A stretch of 64,000 bases of DNA from Toensbergia leucococca (Eukaryota), in contig JALDZS010000018.1 in the NCBI GenBank assembly GCA_022813965.1, positions 1-64,000 on the forward strand, written 5' to 3'. The position numbers were made by a program, and so were the translations under genes. The notes under the pieces were generated by a model. That model was not told the DNA's origin. It did not search any database and saw nothing but the letters and a program-made list of their open reading frames with translations. Shown in pieces: positions 26,128-38,541 of this stretch (the stretch's first letter is position 1; each line of letters begins with the position of its first letter).

Positions 26128-28007
26128 CTACAGTAGCCTCTGAAACCACAGCTTCCCCTCCCCCATCGCCGGCTCGAGCTCGACGCCGAACTCAGCCACT
26201 GCCCCCGCCGCATCGAGGTGGAATTCGGCGCGGACTGCCATTACGGGCTCTGGGCTTAGGGAGGGGACGGTGAGGTTTGCGAGGAAGAAGTCGCCTGAGA
26301 TGTGGGCGAGGGTTAGGGTGTAGGGGACTATGTTTGCGGTTGCGATGGCGTGAAGATGGGTGCTGGTCTTGATGGTGGTGGAGGAGGGGGAGAGGGCGAG
26401 GGTGAGATTTTGGTAGGCCGGGTGGTGGTAGGTGCCGGTGTAGTTGGCTAGGGGGAGGGATGGGGGAAGTGGAGGGGTGGGAGTGGAAGGGTAGAGGCTT
26501 TGGCGGGTGCTGGCGAGGAGGGCTTTTTGGAGGGCTATGGTTTTTTCGGATCTGGGAGGATTTTTAGTGGGGGCTTGGTTTTGTGCGTGGTCGAGAGCAG
26601 GAGGGTATCTTACAGCTCGTCCCAGTCAAGACGCTCTTCCTCGGGAGTCTCGAGGAATTCGTCCATGAGGTGAAAGGCTATCTGGTTCTCGATTATGTTG
26701 GACGTACCTAATGTGTTGCCTAGGGCAACGAGGCCGAATTTTCGGTCGGGGAGATACACGACATTTGCGCCGAAGCCGTTGATGCCGCCGTCGTGCATGA
26801 TGACCCTTTCGCCGCGGTAGACAGTTATGATCCAGCCGAAACCATACATAACTGGGCCCGTAAAGGGCTGCACTAGAGCACCGGGAGGGCCAGCAGCGGG
26901 GACAGGGATGGAATGGGCAGACGCTATTGCCGTGTGCCCGGAAAGGGATACAGGGCCGTTTCGGTCAATGAGGCTGCGGATCCAGAGGCTGTAATCGAGG
27001 ACGTTGGAGATGATGCTGCCAGCACCGCTGACTGAGGGAAAGTCGGGCCAATCTACGTCCATGTAAGCGCCGGTATCATTGTCCCACATGTAGCCGTGTG
27101 CTAACTTGGTGTTGGAGTTGCGATTGCTGCTGGCGCGCAAGGCGTCTTTGAGGGAGAAAAAAGAAGATTGCATATTCAAGGGCTCCCAGATACGGTCTCG
27201 GATGAAATCGCCCAGCCATTTGCTCGTCAGGGTTTCTATGGCATGAGAAATAGCTATGAACATGATGTTGCAGTATTGAAACGTCGTTCGCGGCTGCTCG
27301 GTCAGGGGTAGATATCGCATGCTGCGGACAACATCCCGCACAGTGGAGTTGGGACCGCCTATTGAGAGATCATGGCGAGGCATACCCGTACGATGTGAGA
27401 GAGCGTCTTCGATAGTGATGTGCGTTGTTGCATAGTCGTTTTCGAGGACGAAGTCGTCACGGATAAGCTCTGAGACGGGAGTGGACCATTTGACGTGGGC
27501 GTATTCGGGCGAAGCGTCGTCGACGAGGAGAGACATTGCTGCTGCGGTGAAGGCTTTGGTGGTGCTGCCGGTGTAGAAGAGGGTTGAGGGCGTGACGGGT
27601 TCTGAGGGGTAAGAGGCAATGCCGAAGCCCTGAGTGGAGTATTTATTAAATTCGAACTTATGTGAGAAGCGCCAGGAACGTGAAAAGATTACAGAACACA
27701 AAAGCAACAGACGTATCCTTTAACATGGAAAAATTGCTACTCCTCGAAAGAGAGCGAGACGAGTAGAAGAAGCAACAGCAAGCAGCATAAAAAGAGATTA
27801 GCGGACTTTCGAGTAGGTTTCATTGCCATTTACAACAGCGACAGCGATGCCAGGTACATGCCATTTCTCCATGGCAGTGACAACCATTTCACTGAATCTT
27901 TCATCTAGCGGCGAGGCAGGAAGTTCGTGGCCTAAGATCTTTTGCGTAGCCCCTGAAACTAGAGAAAAGTGAAAGCATGGCGCGATGAGGAAAGCTTTGA
28001 AATGCAT
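26128..28007 (-). CDS. secreted serine beta-lactamase/AmpC-like hydrolase with a DUF3471-like C-terminal domain
   Basis: Signal-peptide-like start (MHFKAFLIAPCFHFSLVSG), VPGIAVAVV, SxxK (GSTTK), SHRTG, YxN (FQYCN), HxG (MHDGG); the last exon has YTGTYHHPAY...ELEPAMGEGKLWF. Confidence 0.85.
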
Positions 28008-28799
28008 GATGTCTAGACCCCTCTTTGAATGCGAACGAGGCAGATGATGGAACAAAAGAACGAGACGGCCGAGGGTGAGGTCTCTAGAAGACTGGAGGTG
28101 AAGCTGTACCTTGTTCTTTGATAGATGGAGGTGATTTGGTGGCTGGATGGTTACCTAGAAAGCGGGGATCTTATCACTAGCTATTTATAGTGTGTATAGC
28201 ATCTGAAATGATCATGCTCAGGACAGTTCTGTTAGATGCACAGTAGACTACCTCATTACCTAGTAAGGGCTCTGAATCCTACCCTCAGTAATAGTCAGTA
28301 CGATGAATTAGGAGCTCACTGGCGATGGTGAGCATCGTCTGAATAAAAAGCTTTAAGGTGATGGAAGGCATGCCCTAATTAAGGCTTCATGATGAGCTGA
28401 TATTTACCTGTAGCATTGAATAAAGGTGGTCTGATTGATTCGATGACACAAGATTGCCAGCGTTCAATTGTAGCCTTCACTGTCTCAGATGCTTAGGCCT
28501 AAATCTGAACGGGTAGAAGACAAAGTACCATCACCTCAAGCCCTCCAGTGAGAACTTGTGATACGTGCAGCGGTGGCAGCACGTTAGATTACGACAATCA
28601 TAAGGCATGACCCTCCACTGAGCTTGCCACTATTTATTGAAGGCAGAGATAGAGGTAAGGTGTTCACTTCATCTTTGTGCATGATCTCATCAACAAGATA
28701 TGTACACTACCTCAGTGATAAATGGCTGGACAACTCAAGCTTGCGACTTTAGCAAGAGGCATCACATACGCTGTCAGAGCTGTTGGACTTCATCGAACC

Positions 28800-31502
28800 T
28801 CACCAGAGCTCGCAGGTTGGCTCCCGCTTGGGGCAGCCAAAGCTTTCCTTGAACTCACGAGAATTCGCCATCGTGCCCTAATAAAACGAGTCAGGAAGTC
28901 CTCAGCTGCGGAAGACCAACTCAAAACTTACAAGTATGCGAGCCCAATTTGGTGCGTGAGGATCTCGGTAAATGTGGTCAATGGCTGCTTCTTTCCTTGT
29001 CTTGCCGCACCACCAATTTGAGTACGATATGAAGAAAAGCTGTTCCTTGGTAAAGCCTTGAAGACCAGGTAGGAGTTGCCCTGCTTGAAGTCTTTCATGT
29101 TGCTTCCAAGCCACAAACGAGGCGCTCAAGCCGCCGGCGTCAGCGATGTTCTCCCCGAGGGTCAACCTGCCGTTGACGTGCAAAGCTTTGTCATCTGGGC
29201 CGGGAACGGTAAAGTCATGGTATTGATCGATGAAGCATTGTGCCTTGTCCGTGAAAGCCTGAACGGTCTGGTTATCCCACCAATCGGCGAAATTTCCTGT
29301 CTGATCAAAATGTCTACCAGTTGAATCAAAGGCTTAGGAAGTCAGCTAGTAGAATCTCATCCTCACGGAGCATTTCATACCATGCGAAAGCTCGTGACCA
29401 CTGACAGATCCAAATGCGCCGTAACTTAGGTACTGAGGCACGGTCGGATCATAGAACACCGGAGCTTGCATAATGCCGGCAGGAAAAACAATCTCATTAC
29501 CAGCCGGATTATAGTACGCCTGGAATTTTCAAGCAAAGAGTCAGCTGAGGTGTCTCAGTTTGGCAAAAACAGAGAATGCTCACATTGACTGTTGGAACGG
29601 ACATTCCCCATTCATCCCGGTTCGTTGGCTTGCCGAGTGCAGACCATTCTCGATTCGTTTCGGACGTAGCTATTGAGATGGAATTATCAAAGAACGTTGA
29701 AGTAGAGATGTTTACGGCCTCATAATACTCCAGAAGTGCAGATGAGTTACGGACATCTGGACTCTTTGTCGGGTATCCGATCTTCTGCACGATGTTGTGC
29801 ACTGCACATTGATCACGTTAGAGACATAATTCCACTGCCATAAAATTACTCGTAAGTATCGAGTACAACATTCTCACCTTTTTCGATACCAAGCTGCCTA
29901 ACCTCTGTACTCATCCATTCTGCCGCTTTCAGCTTCTTGATGAATTGCTCCTTGATGTCAATGACTATGCGGTCACCAAATTCTTTCGCTTCTTCTGAGA
30001 ATGCCTTCTCTACGAAGAATTTGCTGAGAATCCAGCCTACAGAATGTCAAATCTTGAGCATAAATCCAAGGCATAAGTGTGACAAGTTTAAAATTCCGCT
30101 CACCAAGACCGCGATCTGCTTCTTTGACACATTTTCTCCATCGTTCCTCTAAAGCATCAGGTTCCTTTCCCTGCAGCTGATTATTGAACCTGAGAAGTGG
30201 TTTCACGGCATCATCTTCGATCTGTTCAGCGTACGCCTGGACAACTTTCCACACTAGATAAGCTTGAACAGTCTCGGGTGTGGCCTCATGCAGTACTCGA
30301 GATGCTGCTTCAAGGTAGGAGGGAGACCCGACTATAATCTGGTCAGGTGTATGAGCTGGCGCAAAGCTTGAGATGATGTATTGAACCGAGAGCTGCGGCA
30401 GCAGCGCCTTGGTTTCTTCGAGTGAACGCGGATTGTAATATTTTGTGACGTCCTCCGCATCCTCTTCAGCAGGGGTTGCCTTTGCAAGCCTGGACTCAAA
30501 ATCTACTAAAGCCTTTACTAGATTATCGCTCATCTCGGAGTAGCCGTTGGTGCTAGACAATTGACTCCTCCACGTCGCCAAAACAGTACTATCAGGACCA
30601 GCTTCTTTAAGCAATGCCTCGAGCACTAGACCAATAGTCTCAGCATATTTGCCCAGTATTTTTTCATCTTTGTAATACTCCTTATTCGGTAATCCAGGCC
30701 GGTGCGGAGCATTCAAATATATGACGACAGAATCAGGATTCTTGTCGTCGGCCTGAAAAGTTCAATAAGCTTTGCGTTGGCCACGGAAGCGAGTCCAGGC
30801 CAAGATACATACACTAATGTCAAATGAAATCAGGGAATTGACACCAATACGTGTTAAGTAGGCCACTGCGTTTGATAGCTGACTCTCTCCGTTGTACATC
30901 AAGCCTTTCTGTGGTTCATTCTTCATTTTTGGAAAGGGGTCAAATGCTTGGTGAGGCTTAAGAGCTGGAAATATTTCTTCAACTTTACGTAGAACGTCGA
31001 GTAGGGGGGCTGAGCCTAATTCCTTGAGAGTCCCCTCGTCCATACAGGCATCATATGTGGCTTGAAGCTTCTTGAATATTTCCCTATCTGTAGAGGAACC
31101 GGATTGCCAAATGTGATAATTGCCTGAGTATGGCGATTCTAGTATGTGACGAAGGAGTAATTGTGAATTTTCTTCCATGATCGTTCCGGTGAAGGCGCTT
31201 CCTTGGTCTGCACGAAGGTCATGCTTCTCATTCCAGCCTTCGCAGACATACTTATCGAAGTCGGCGCATGGGTCTAGTTCCTCACGTCGAGGGGAGAGGT
31301 TCTGCAAGATCTCAGAAGCAGCAAGTACGCATGCCGGAGTGAAACATATGGCAGTGCCATCTTGTGAAGGCTTTTCGATGAGGATTGCTAGAACATGTGA
31401 GGCTTTTTCCAGTCAGAAGGTTATGACTTGGAGCTCACCTCCAAAGTAGACACAGACAGCGACAGTACCAGCTGTGAGTAGACAAGTAGTCGGGGACACC
31501 AT
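28800..31502 (-). CDS. M13 (neprilysin/endothelin-converting enzyme-like) zinc metallopeptidase, multi-exon
   Basis: [24 protein letters not shown] across an intron, [15 protein letters not shown] (HExxH), [16 protein letters not shown], terminal CELW; start codon uncertain. Confidence 0.9.
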
Positions 31503-31938
31503 GTTGTATTCTTGGTTAATACTTGGCTTGTTTGGCGACAGGCATCCACCGGGCCATTACCAGTGCCTCACTTCATGGAAGAAGGTTTCGATACAATCCA
31601 ATGTTTACTCAGATGAGGTACTCTGTATGCATACATACAAAGTCTGAGGGTGGTTAGGTGGGGGTTAAGGCGCTCGGACCACCACCTACTAATGACGCAC
31701 AATCCCTCACTTGGGGGCATGCGATGCATGCGATTAGTTACCTCTACCTTACGGAGTACCTATCCATTGTTCTTGTCGGGCAGCCCGGACCAGCGCCTTC
31801 AGCGAGCCTGCGCAGCCCATGGTGCATCCTGTGAACCCTTTTGAAGCCACCTGGCTCTGGTCGTCAGAGCGAAATCGAGATTGCTTGCGCCCAGGACGCC
31901 ACAAAAGACCCGTCTTATCGTCCGAATAGCCTTTGGCC

Positions 31939-34603
31939 ATGGATATCGGAGAACCACATCCAGACGACGACGATGGTTTTATTGAAAGTCCAATACGGCC
32001 GAGACCCTTACCGAGTGACTTACCCAGATCCCTAGATGACAGGCAACCAATCTGGACTTATGGAGGAGAGACTGAGATGTACGATGCCTGGCAAGGTATG
32101 GAGTGAGCCTCCCTCTGATGCAAAGCCATCTGATTCGAAAAAGCTTTGCTGATCGAGACGGCTAGGCCAGTCGCAATTCCTTACCACCCCGATGCCTGCA
32201 CAGCCCCTCAAGTTCAATCTATCTCTAGACGACAACGGATACGATGATGGGCACGTTGAGCATGAGATTGAAGACAGTGATACCAGATTGATGGAGATGT
32301 TAGCCGCGCAAGCCGCACATCGAGAAGATGGTTCTGCTGTCGAAGACGAAGATCTTGTAATTGCGGATAAAAAATTATCAGAAACGGAGAAGAAAGCCAT
32401 GCTCCAGAAATCATTACACATGGCAGCGAGTAACGGAGATGTTGAACGTGTAGGAAGGCTGGTATACGGTAGTGCGAAAATCTTCGTAGATATAAATACT
32501 CCGGATGAGGAGGGAACTGCGCCGTTAATCTATGCAAGCTGCTTCGTGAGTTCTAAGAATGAGGTTCTACCATGCCATCATCGCCTAATTATGATTATAG
32601 GGCCACCAGGACGTTGTTTTGAAATTGCTTGACGCCGGTGCTCAGGTTGATCGACAGGATAGAAATCAATGGACTTCTCTAATGTGGGCCATGGCCAACC
32701 GGCATAAAGAAATCACAAAAGTATTACTAGACCACGGGGCCTCTCCGGAGCTCAAGTCGTCCACAGGGAGAATGGCCTTCGACTTTGCTGCACCGAATAG
32801 TGAGATTTCAGATTACTTAAAACAGAACGGATACCACATTGGGGGCATTGACGTGGGAGATGATTTTTATGATAATGGATTATCTCGAGATAGATTTGAA
32901 CAGGAGATGGAAGAGAATGAAATGAAACGACGTATGATGATGGAAAGTTCTATGAATCTAGAAGTTGACTTGTCAAGCTTGGGCATGGATGAGCGTCCTG
33001 AGGTTCGTCCTGGAAAACTGACTTTCCTTGGTTATGCACACTGATCGACGTATAGTCTCCGGGAGATTTCGAAGAAGAGCAACAGGCATTTGTATGGGAT
33101 AAGTGTCTAAATGACCAGATGTTTGTCTTTCAAGAGAGCGAATTGGGTCAAATCCTGGACATCGTCATTACTACTATGACACCGCAAAGATCGCCTTCAC
33201 AAAAGCCTGTGCCTGCTAATATTTTGTTTTTAAGCGCAAGATACGCACACTACCATGCTAGTCCTGAATTGCTTGCTACATTACTGGTAACAGCAATGGA
33301 CAGAATCAATGTCAAGGTCGAACGACATCAATGGGACATGACTGTCCTTGCTTTCTGGATCTCCAACGCAACTTTGCTATTACATTATCTCAAAAAAGAT
33401 GCCGGGCTTGTGGGAGCAACCACGGAGTTTCAGGTACAGCTGGTAGAGCTGATCAACGAGATATTTATACTCATCATCAGAGACGCGGAAAGGAGGATGG
33501 ACAAGGTGCTTACTACGGCAGTCCTCGACCATGAGACCATTCCAGGCCTCGAGAACATACACTTTGCCAATGATTGGAAAATCTTCCGTTCCAAGAGTAA
33601 AGTTCAAGCGCCTGAAACGATGGGGTACAAGCCCCAGCCACTGAACAAACGGGCGCAACCATCACCAAGGAATGTCACATCTTTACTATCCTCAACCCTC
33701 TTCGTTCTCGATCTGTACGATATTCACTCTGTCATCACCTCGCAGATTCTCGCTCAGCTCTTTTACTGGATAGGGGCTGAATTGTTCAATCACATCATTT
33801 CGAACAAGGCTTATCTTGCCAGAACCAAAGCCATGCAGATCCGCATGAATCTATCAGCGTTGGAAGACTGGGCTCGAGCGAATAATCGATCACCGGAGCA
33901 TTACGAGAACGGGTCGCTTGCTTCTTCGGGCGAGAATACGGTGGAGTCAGCTCGTAGATACCTCACTCCTGTTGTCCAGCTACTTCAATGGCTCCAATGC
34001 TTTTCTTCGCTTGGAGATGAGCCAGCATCTCTAGAAAACACACTTAAGCAGCTAACGCGCCTCACTCCACAACAGCTACTACACTCGAGTAGCCTCTATA
34101 GATGTGAGGTCGGCGAGAAGGCCTTGCCTAAGAAGGCTCAGAAGTACTTGTCGAGTCTGCAGGTTGAAGCGAAGAAGCGACGAGAAAAAGCTCGACAAGA
34201 TCGACATGTAAATTCCAAGAGATCAGACCGACCTGTGCCGTCCTCGATAACACCCCCTCAGACACCAAAGAAAGACGGCGGCCACCCAAGTCACGACCCA
34301 TCATCACCGTCGCCATCACCAGCAGAAAAAAGCGAAGCATCCAATGGTGTCCCCCAACTGGAGGAGGAGGACCTTGCATCAGACAGCTTGCTCATGGATC
34401 CTGCTCACATGCTCCAATTCTCACTACCAACAACAGTCGATCTACGTATAAGTTATGGTGCTGGATACGGTGGGCTGAACACGGAGAGAGAGAGAAAGTA
34501 CATCCCTACTGTACCACAGGAATTCTTGAGTAAATTTGATCTGGATCCCAAGGGGAGTTCTTCGTCGGGAAAGGAGTGGAATCATCCGAACGATGACGAA
34601 TGA
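31939..34603 (+). CDS. ankyrin-repeat and DIL (Dilute) domain protein
   Basis: Ankyrin repeats (LHMAASNGD, APLIYASCFGH, TSLMWA); DIL-like region (AFWISNATLLLHYL, QLFYWIGAELFN, AMQIRMNLSALEDW); exon 1 encodes LPRSLDDR...MYDAWQ. Confidence 0.85.
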
Positions 34604-34973
34604 AGTTTCCAAAGGGGAGTACGATATGATGTGCATGATATTGGAGTTGAAGATGGCGATATGGTCCAGTGCGGAACCCGGAAAGGTCGGCCTCTGTATG
34701 TACCAGATTTTCCAATGCATTATGCATAAAATACTACTGTTTACGTTCGACTTTTCACATTGTCTATTCATACAGGCAGATGATTGGCTAAACATAGGAT
34801 GGATCATGATTTGCTCGGCTCGAGAGTTGTCAATGGACAAATCTTCGATGGCCCCTCGGTCATAGAATACCTACGAGTAATAGCCTACCTATGCCCCACC
34901 TCAAACAATTTTTAATTAAAACATTTAACATCCAACATTTCACATTCTTATCCCCTCCCCACCACAACCAGCC

Positions 34974-36122
34974 ATGGAAGTTCAAGCACTCTCTCCCGAA
35001 GTCATCCAAGACACCGAAACCTCCATAGCCGATGATTCAATTCCTGCAGAAGCCATCACCTCCACCTTCAGCTCAGATTGCATAGGTTACTCGCCCCACC
35101 TCCCCTCCCCAGCCAAAAAAAAATAAAAGCCCCCAAAACTAATCCCACTAGACCTCATATCCGCCCCTCTCTCCTCCCGCATCCTCTCCACCTCAGACGA
35201 ATACTTCGCCGCAGCCCCAAACCTCCTAACGCCCACCTCCCCCATTCGCCGCCAAAACCACTACGTTCACACCGGCGCCTGGTTCGACGGCTGGGAAACC
35301 CGCCGCCACAACCCCTCCCCCTACGACTGGGTCATCGTCAAACTCGGCGTCGCAAGCGGCATCGTCCGCGGCGTGGAAATCGACACCGCCTTCTTCGACG
35401 GCAACCACGCGCCCGAGATCAGCGTCGAGGGCTGCTTTGAGATCGGCGACGGCGCCGACGAGACGGTCACGATGGCGAAATATGCCAGCTGGCGGCCGCT
35501 GCTCGGGCGGCGGGAGTGCGGGCCCAGTCGCCGGCACGGGTGGATCGTGCATGGGGAAACAGCACCCGTGACGCACGCGCGCTTGCTCATGTGGCCGGAC
35601 GGCGGCATCGCGCGCTTCCGGCTCTACGGGGTGGCGGTGCCAGTGTGGCCGGCCGATCGGGAGGAGGAGGTCGAGCTCAGCGCGGCGGTCATGGGCGGCG
35701 TTGCGGTCAGTTGCTCGGACGAGCATTTTGGGAAGAGGCAGAATCTGCTGCTGCCCGGTCGCGGGAAAGATATGGGGGATGGGTGGGAGACGAGGCGGAG
35801 TCGGGGTGCGGGGCATGTGGACTGGGTTGTTGTGCGGCTTGGGGGGCGGGGGGTGCTGAGCGGGGTGGTTGTTGATACCAAGGATTTTCGGGGGAATTTT
35901 CCGAGGGGGGTGCGGGTTGAGGGGGGGGATTTTGGAGATGGTGAGGCGGGGAAGTGGGTGGAGGTTTTGGGGGAGAGGAAGGTCGGGCCTGATGGGGTGT
36001 GGGGGTGGGGGGTTGGGGAGTTTGGGGAGGGGGCGGTTGGCAGGGCGTTTACGCATGTTAGGTTGGTGATTTTGCCGGATGGGGGGGTGAAGAGATTTCG
36101 GGTTTTTGGGGTTAGGGCTTAG
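34974..36122 (+). CDS. DAL2: allantoicase
   Basis: Two allantoicase repeats: SDEYF...DGWETRRH...DTAFFDGN...PDGGIARFRLYG and SDEHFG...DGWETRRSR...DTKDFRGN...PDGGVKRFRVFG; one intron at ~35086-35150. Confidence 0.93.
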
Positions 36123-36645
36123 GGGGTTGGAACTTTCCTTGGTGGATCTTGTGTATATTCAGAGAGGCTCGATGTCTTTTCCAAATACTACTTTCGATTT
36201 TGTCTTCCTCCTTTCCGTTGGAGTTACATTGTTGCAGCCGTAGGCGGGACCCGACTGATGTTCGGGGGTAAGTGGTACTTGGAATGGAGAGACGGGCTTT
36301 GGGAGAGGAGGAGCGATTAGTGGATGAAACAGGCCAGAGACAGCACCTGTTGGGTTAAGACGAGAGCTACGGGATTGATTAAGAGGGCAAAAGGGAGTGA
36401 AACCTAGTTTGTTCAACATGAAGCTCTGACATGAACAAGATGGACAATGCTCCAGGATTAATTCTGGTTATTGGTAGAAGATTTATCAGTGGATATAGTG
36501 GCCTAATCGCCAAAACAAGAAGTTATCAGATTCGACGAAAAAGCCACCAGTCTGCGTCTCAAAATCCACACGCCACTCCGCGTAGTTTTCAAATTGAGAG
36601 TCCTTTCCAACAAGTAGTCCTGCCCCCACTCCGTGAGGTAATCAT

Positions 36646-37535
36646 TTAGAAACCCAACTTCTGCTTCTTGATCCTCGGCAGTACCCCAGCCAGGGTGATG
36701 ATCGCCGCCACTATCACGGCCCATAACTGTATATGCAGCACATTTTTGTTGAAATCCGTCGCCGTGGCCGCTGCCACCGTTGCAAAGGATAGAATCAGGA
36801 TCACGTATCCGCCCATGCGGTGATATTTCCATATGGCCTTTGCATTATCTTCCCCGCCGTATACAATGGGGAGGTAATATTGCGTGATACCTACCAAAGC
36901 CTGGATGATGAAGAAAATGTAGGTGATCAAGCCGAGGATAGCGTGTGGGGACACGAAATGGGTTCCCCCGTGGGAAATCTTGTTGTACTCGATGACCACG
37001 AGGCCGGCGATAAGAGTGAGAATGCTTGTGATATTGAGGACGGCGTGGATGTTGGTGCCTTGGTGTTTTTGCTTTGGTGAATGCGTCGGTTGTAGGACGA
37101 GGATTGCTTGGGTGGTTAGAAGGATGCCTGCAGAATTGAGGAGCTGGAAGTCGGGATCAGCCAATAAATCAGACTGTTCGAGTCGTGGGTGGCTCACAGG
37201 ATGCGCGGAGAAGAGTATGACATCGTGGAGGAAGACACTCGCCCATACTGTTGCGGCGAGCTTTTGTAAGGTCAGCCTAGGTCGATTTGGGCGGGATGTG
37301 TGTCGAGCTTACGATCCATATACCAGCTTGTGCAACGATAGCAGTGCCTGTGTCCCAGTCAGGATTGGCATGCACAGTCTCAATCTCGATTCACGATACC
37401 TAGGAAGAAGTTGAACTGAATGCCTTGTCCATCCTGCTGTGAGGCATCTCCCGCTCTGCCCAGCAAAGGCTCGTCCTCGGGTCTTTGGTCCTGTGTAGGC
37501 GGGTTCTCCTCTTGATCATTTGCAGGGTAAGACAT
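36646..37535 (-). CDS. cytochrome b561-domain membrane protein (CYB561D-like)
   Basis: Heme-ligand motifs FSAHP-LLNS across an intron, HAVLN, HFVSPHAILG and YHRMGGY; several TM helices. Confidence 0.85.
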
Positions 37536-38541
37536 GTTGAATATTGCCCACAATTATGCTTTGAATTGTGAAGATAAATGATAAAGTGGGATGTCTTGGT
37601 AAATTCAGTCCGAAGTTTGCGGGGTTATTAATATCAGATTCATCATCCATGACGAAAATTGATAATGCATGATGCACTAAATCTTACCAGGGCGAGCTTC
37701 AGCCAATGACTACTCCGTTTGCCATTTGAAATGGTCATCCGCCGCATTCTGATCCCGCATGCGCTTGGGCTTGATAGGGAAGGTTCAAGTACCTCAAGCC
37801 TTGGAATCTGAGATCTGACACTTTGTAGCGCAGATCTGTCTTTGCTATTAACATTGCTTTGAGTTGTTGATAGTCCTAGCACTACAAAGTGGTCTGTGGT
37901 CTGATTAATTCAGTGCTGCAGTATGATAAGCTGAAGTTTGAGTACTGTGTGGATAAGAATGAGTCAAACTCTGTGTCAGTTGTCCACAGCTTGCGTTGTT
38001 TCGCCTCGCAGATTTATTTACTCTACTAATTGAACCCTAATCAAGTCTCGCTAATGTGCTTTAGATGGCGCAGCTTCACAACTCTGCCAACTTCCAAGTT
38101 AGACAAACCATGGTGGACTTCATTGCCTAGCGATTGACAAGACAAATAGTCAGTAGTAAGTAATCGTTTCAGGACCACCCTCTTGGAGCAGAAAGCCGAA
38201 ATTAACTTATCACATAGCACACATCAACGACATTTAACAAGCCTAAACGTTCCGTATCCGTATCCTACCAAAAATGCCACATGAGATACAATGAAAAAGA
38301 AGCCTCTCATTAATACATGCAAAATAAAAAAGCGCCCTTGGTAGCCATGCTAGTGGGTATCCCTCGCTATGCAGTCATGCAATAAAAACCCTCACCTCCC
38401 CGAAACGCCATCATTTCGCTCCCCCATGCGCCCGCCGCTTACTTCTTGCTGCTTGTACTGTAAGCGTCCAATAAACATTGAGATGTGTATTCAAACGCCC
38501 CGGTGTAGGCCTTCGCCGACCCATTAATTGCAATGGCCCGA

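Noticed and set aside
28149..28364. Short matches (GGTTACCTAG, TTTAAGGTGATGG) to the Helitron 5' region at ~11771-11808
   Set aside because: Order and spacing are not colinear and the matches are only 10-13 bp.
35226..36056. 276-aa Pro-rich antisense ORF over allantoicase, and similar antisense ORFs over rmt3 and OPT
   Set aside because: Expected by-product of high GC and skew that depletes stop codons.
36108..36130. TTAGGG-like units at the allantoicase stop codon
   Set aside because: Only two non-tandem units within a G/T-rich tract; not an interstitial telomere.
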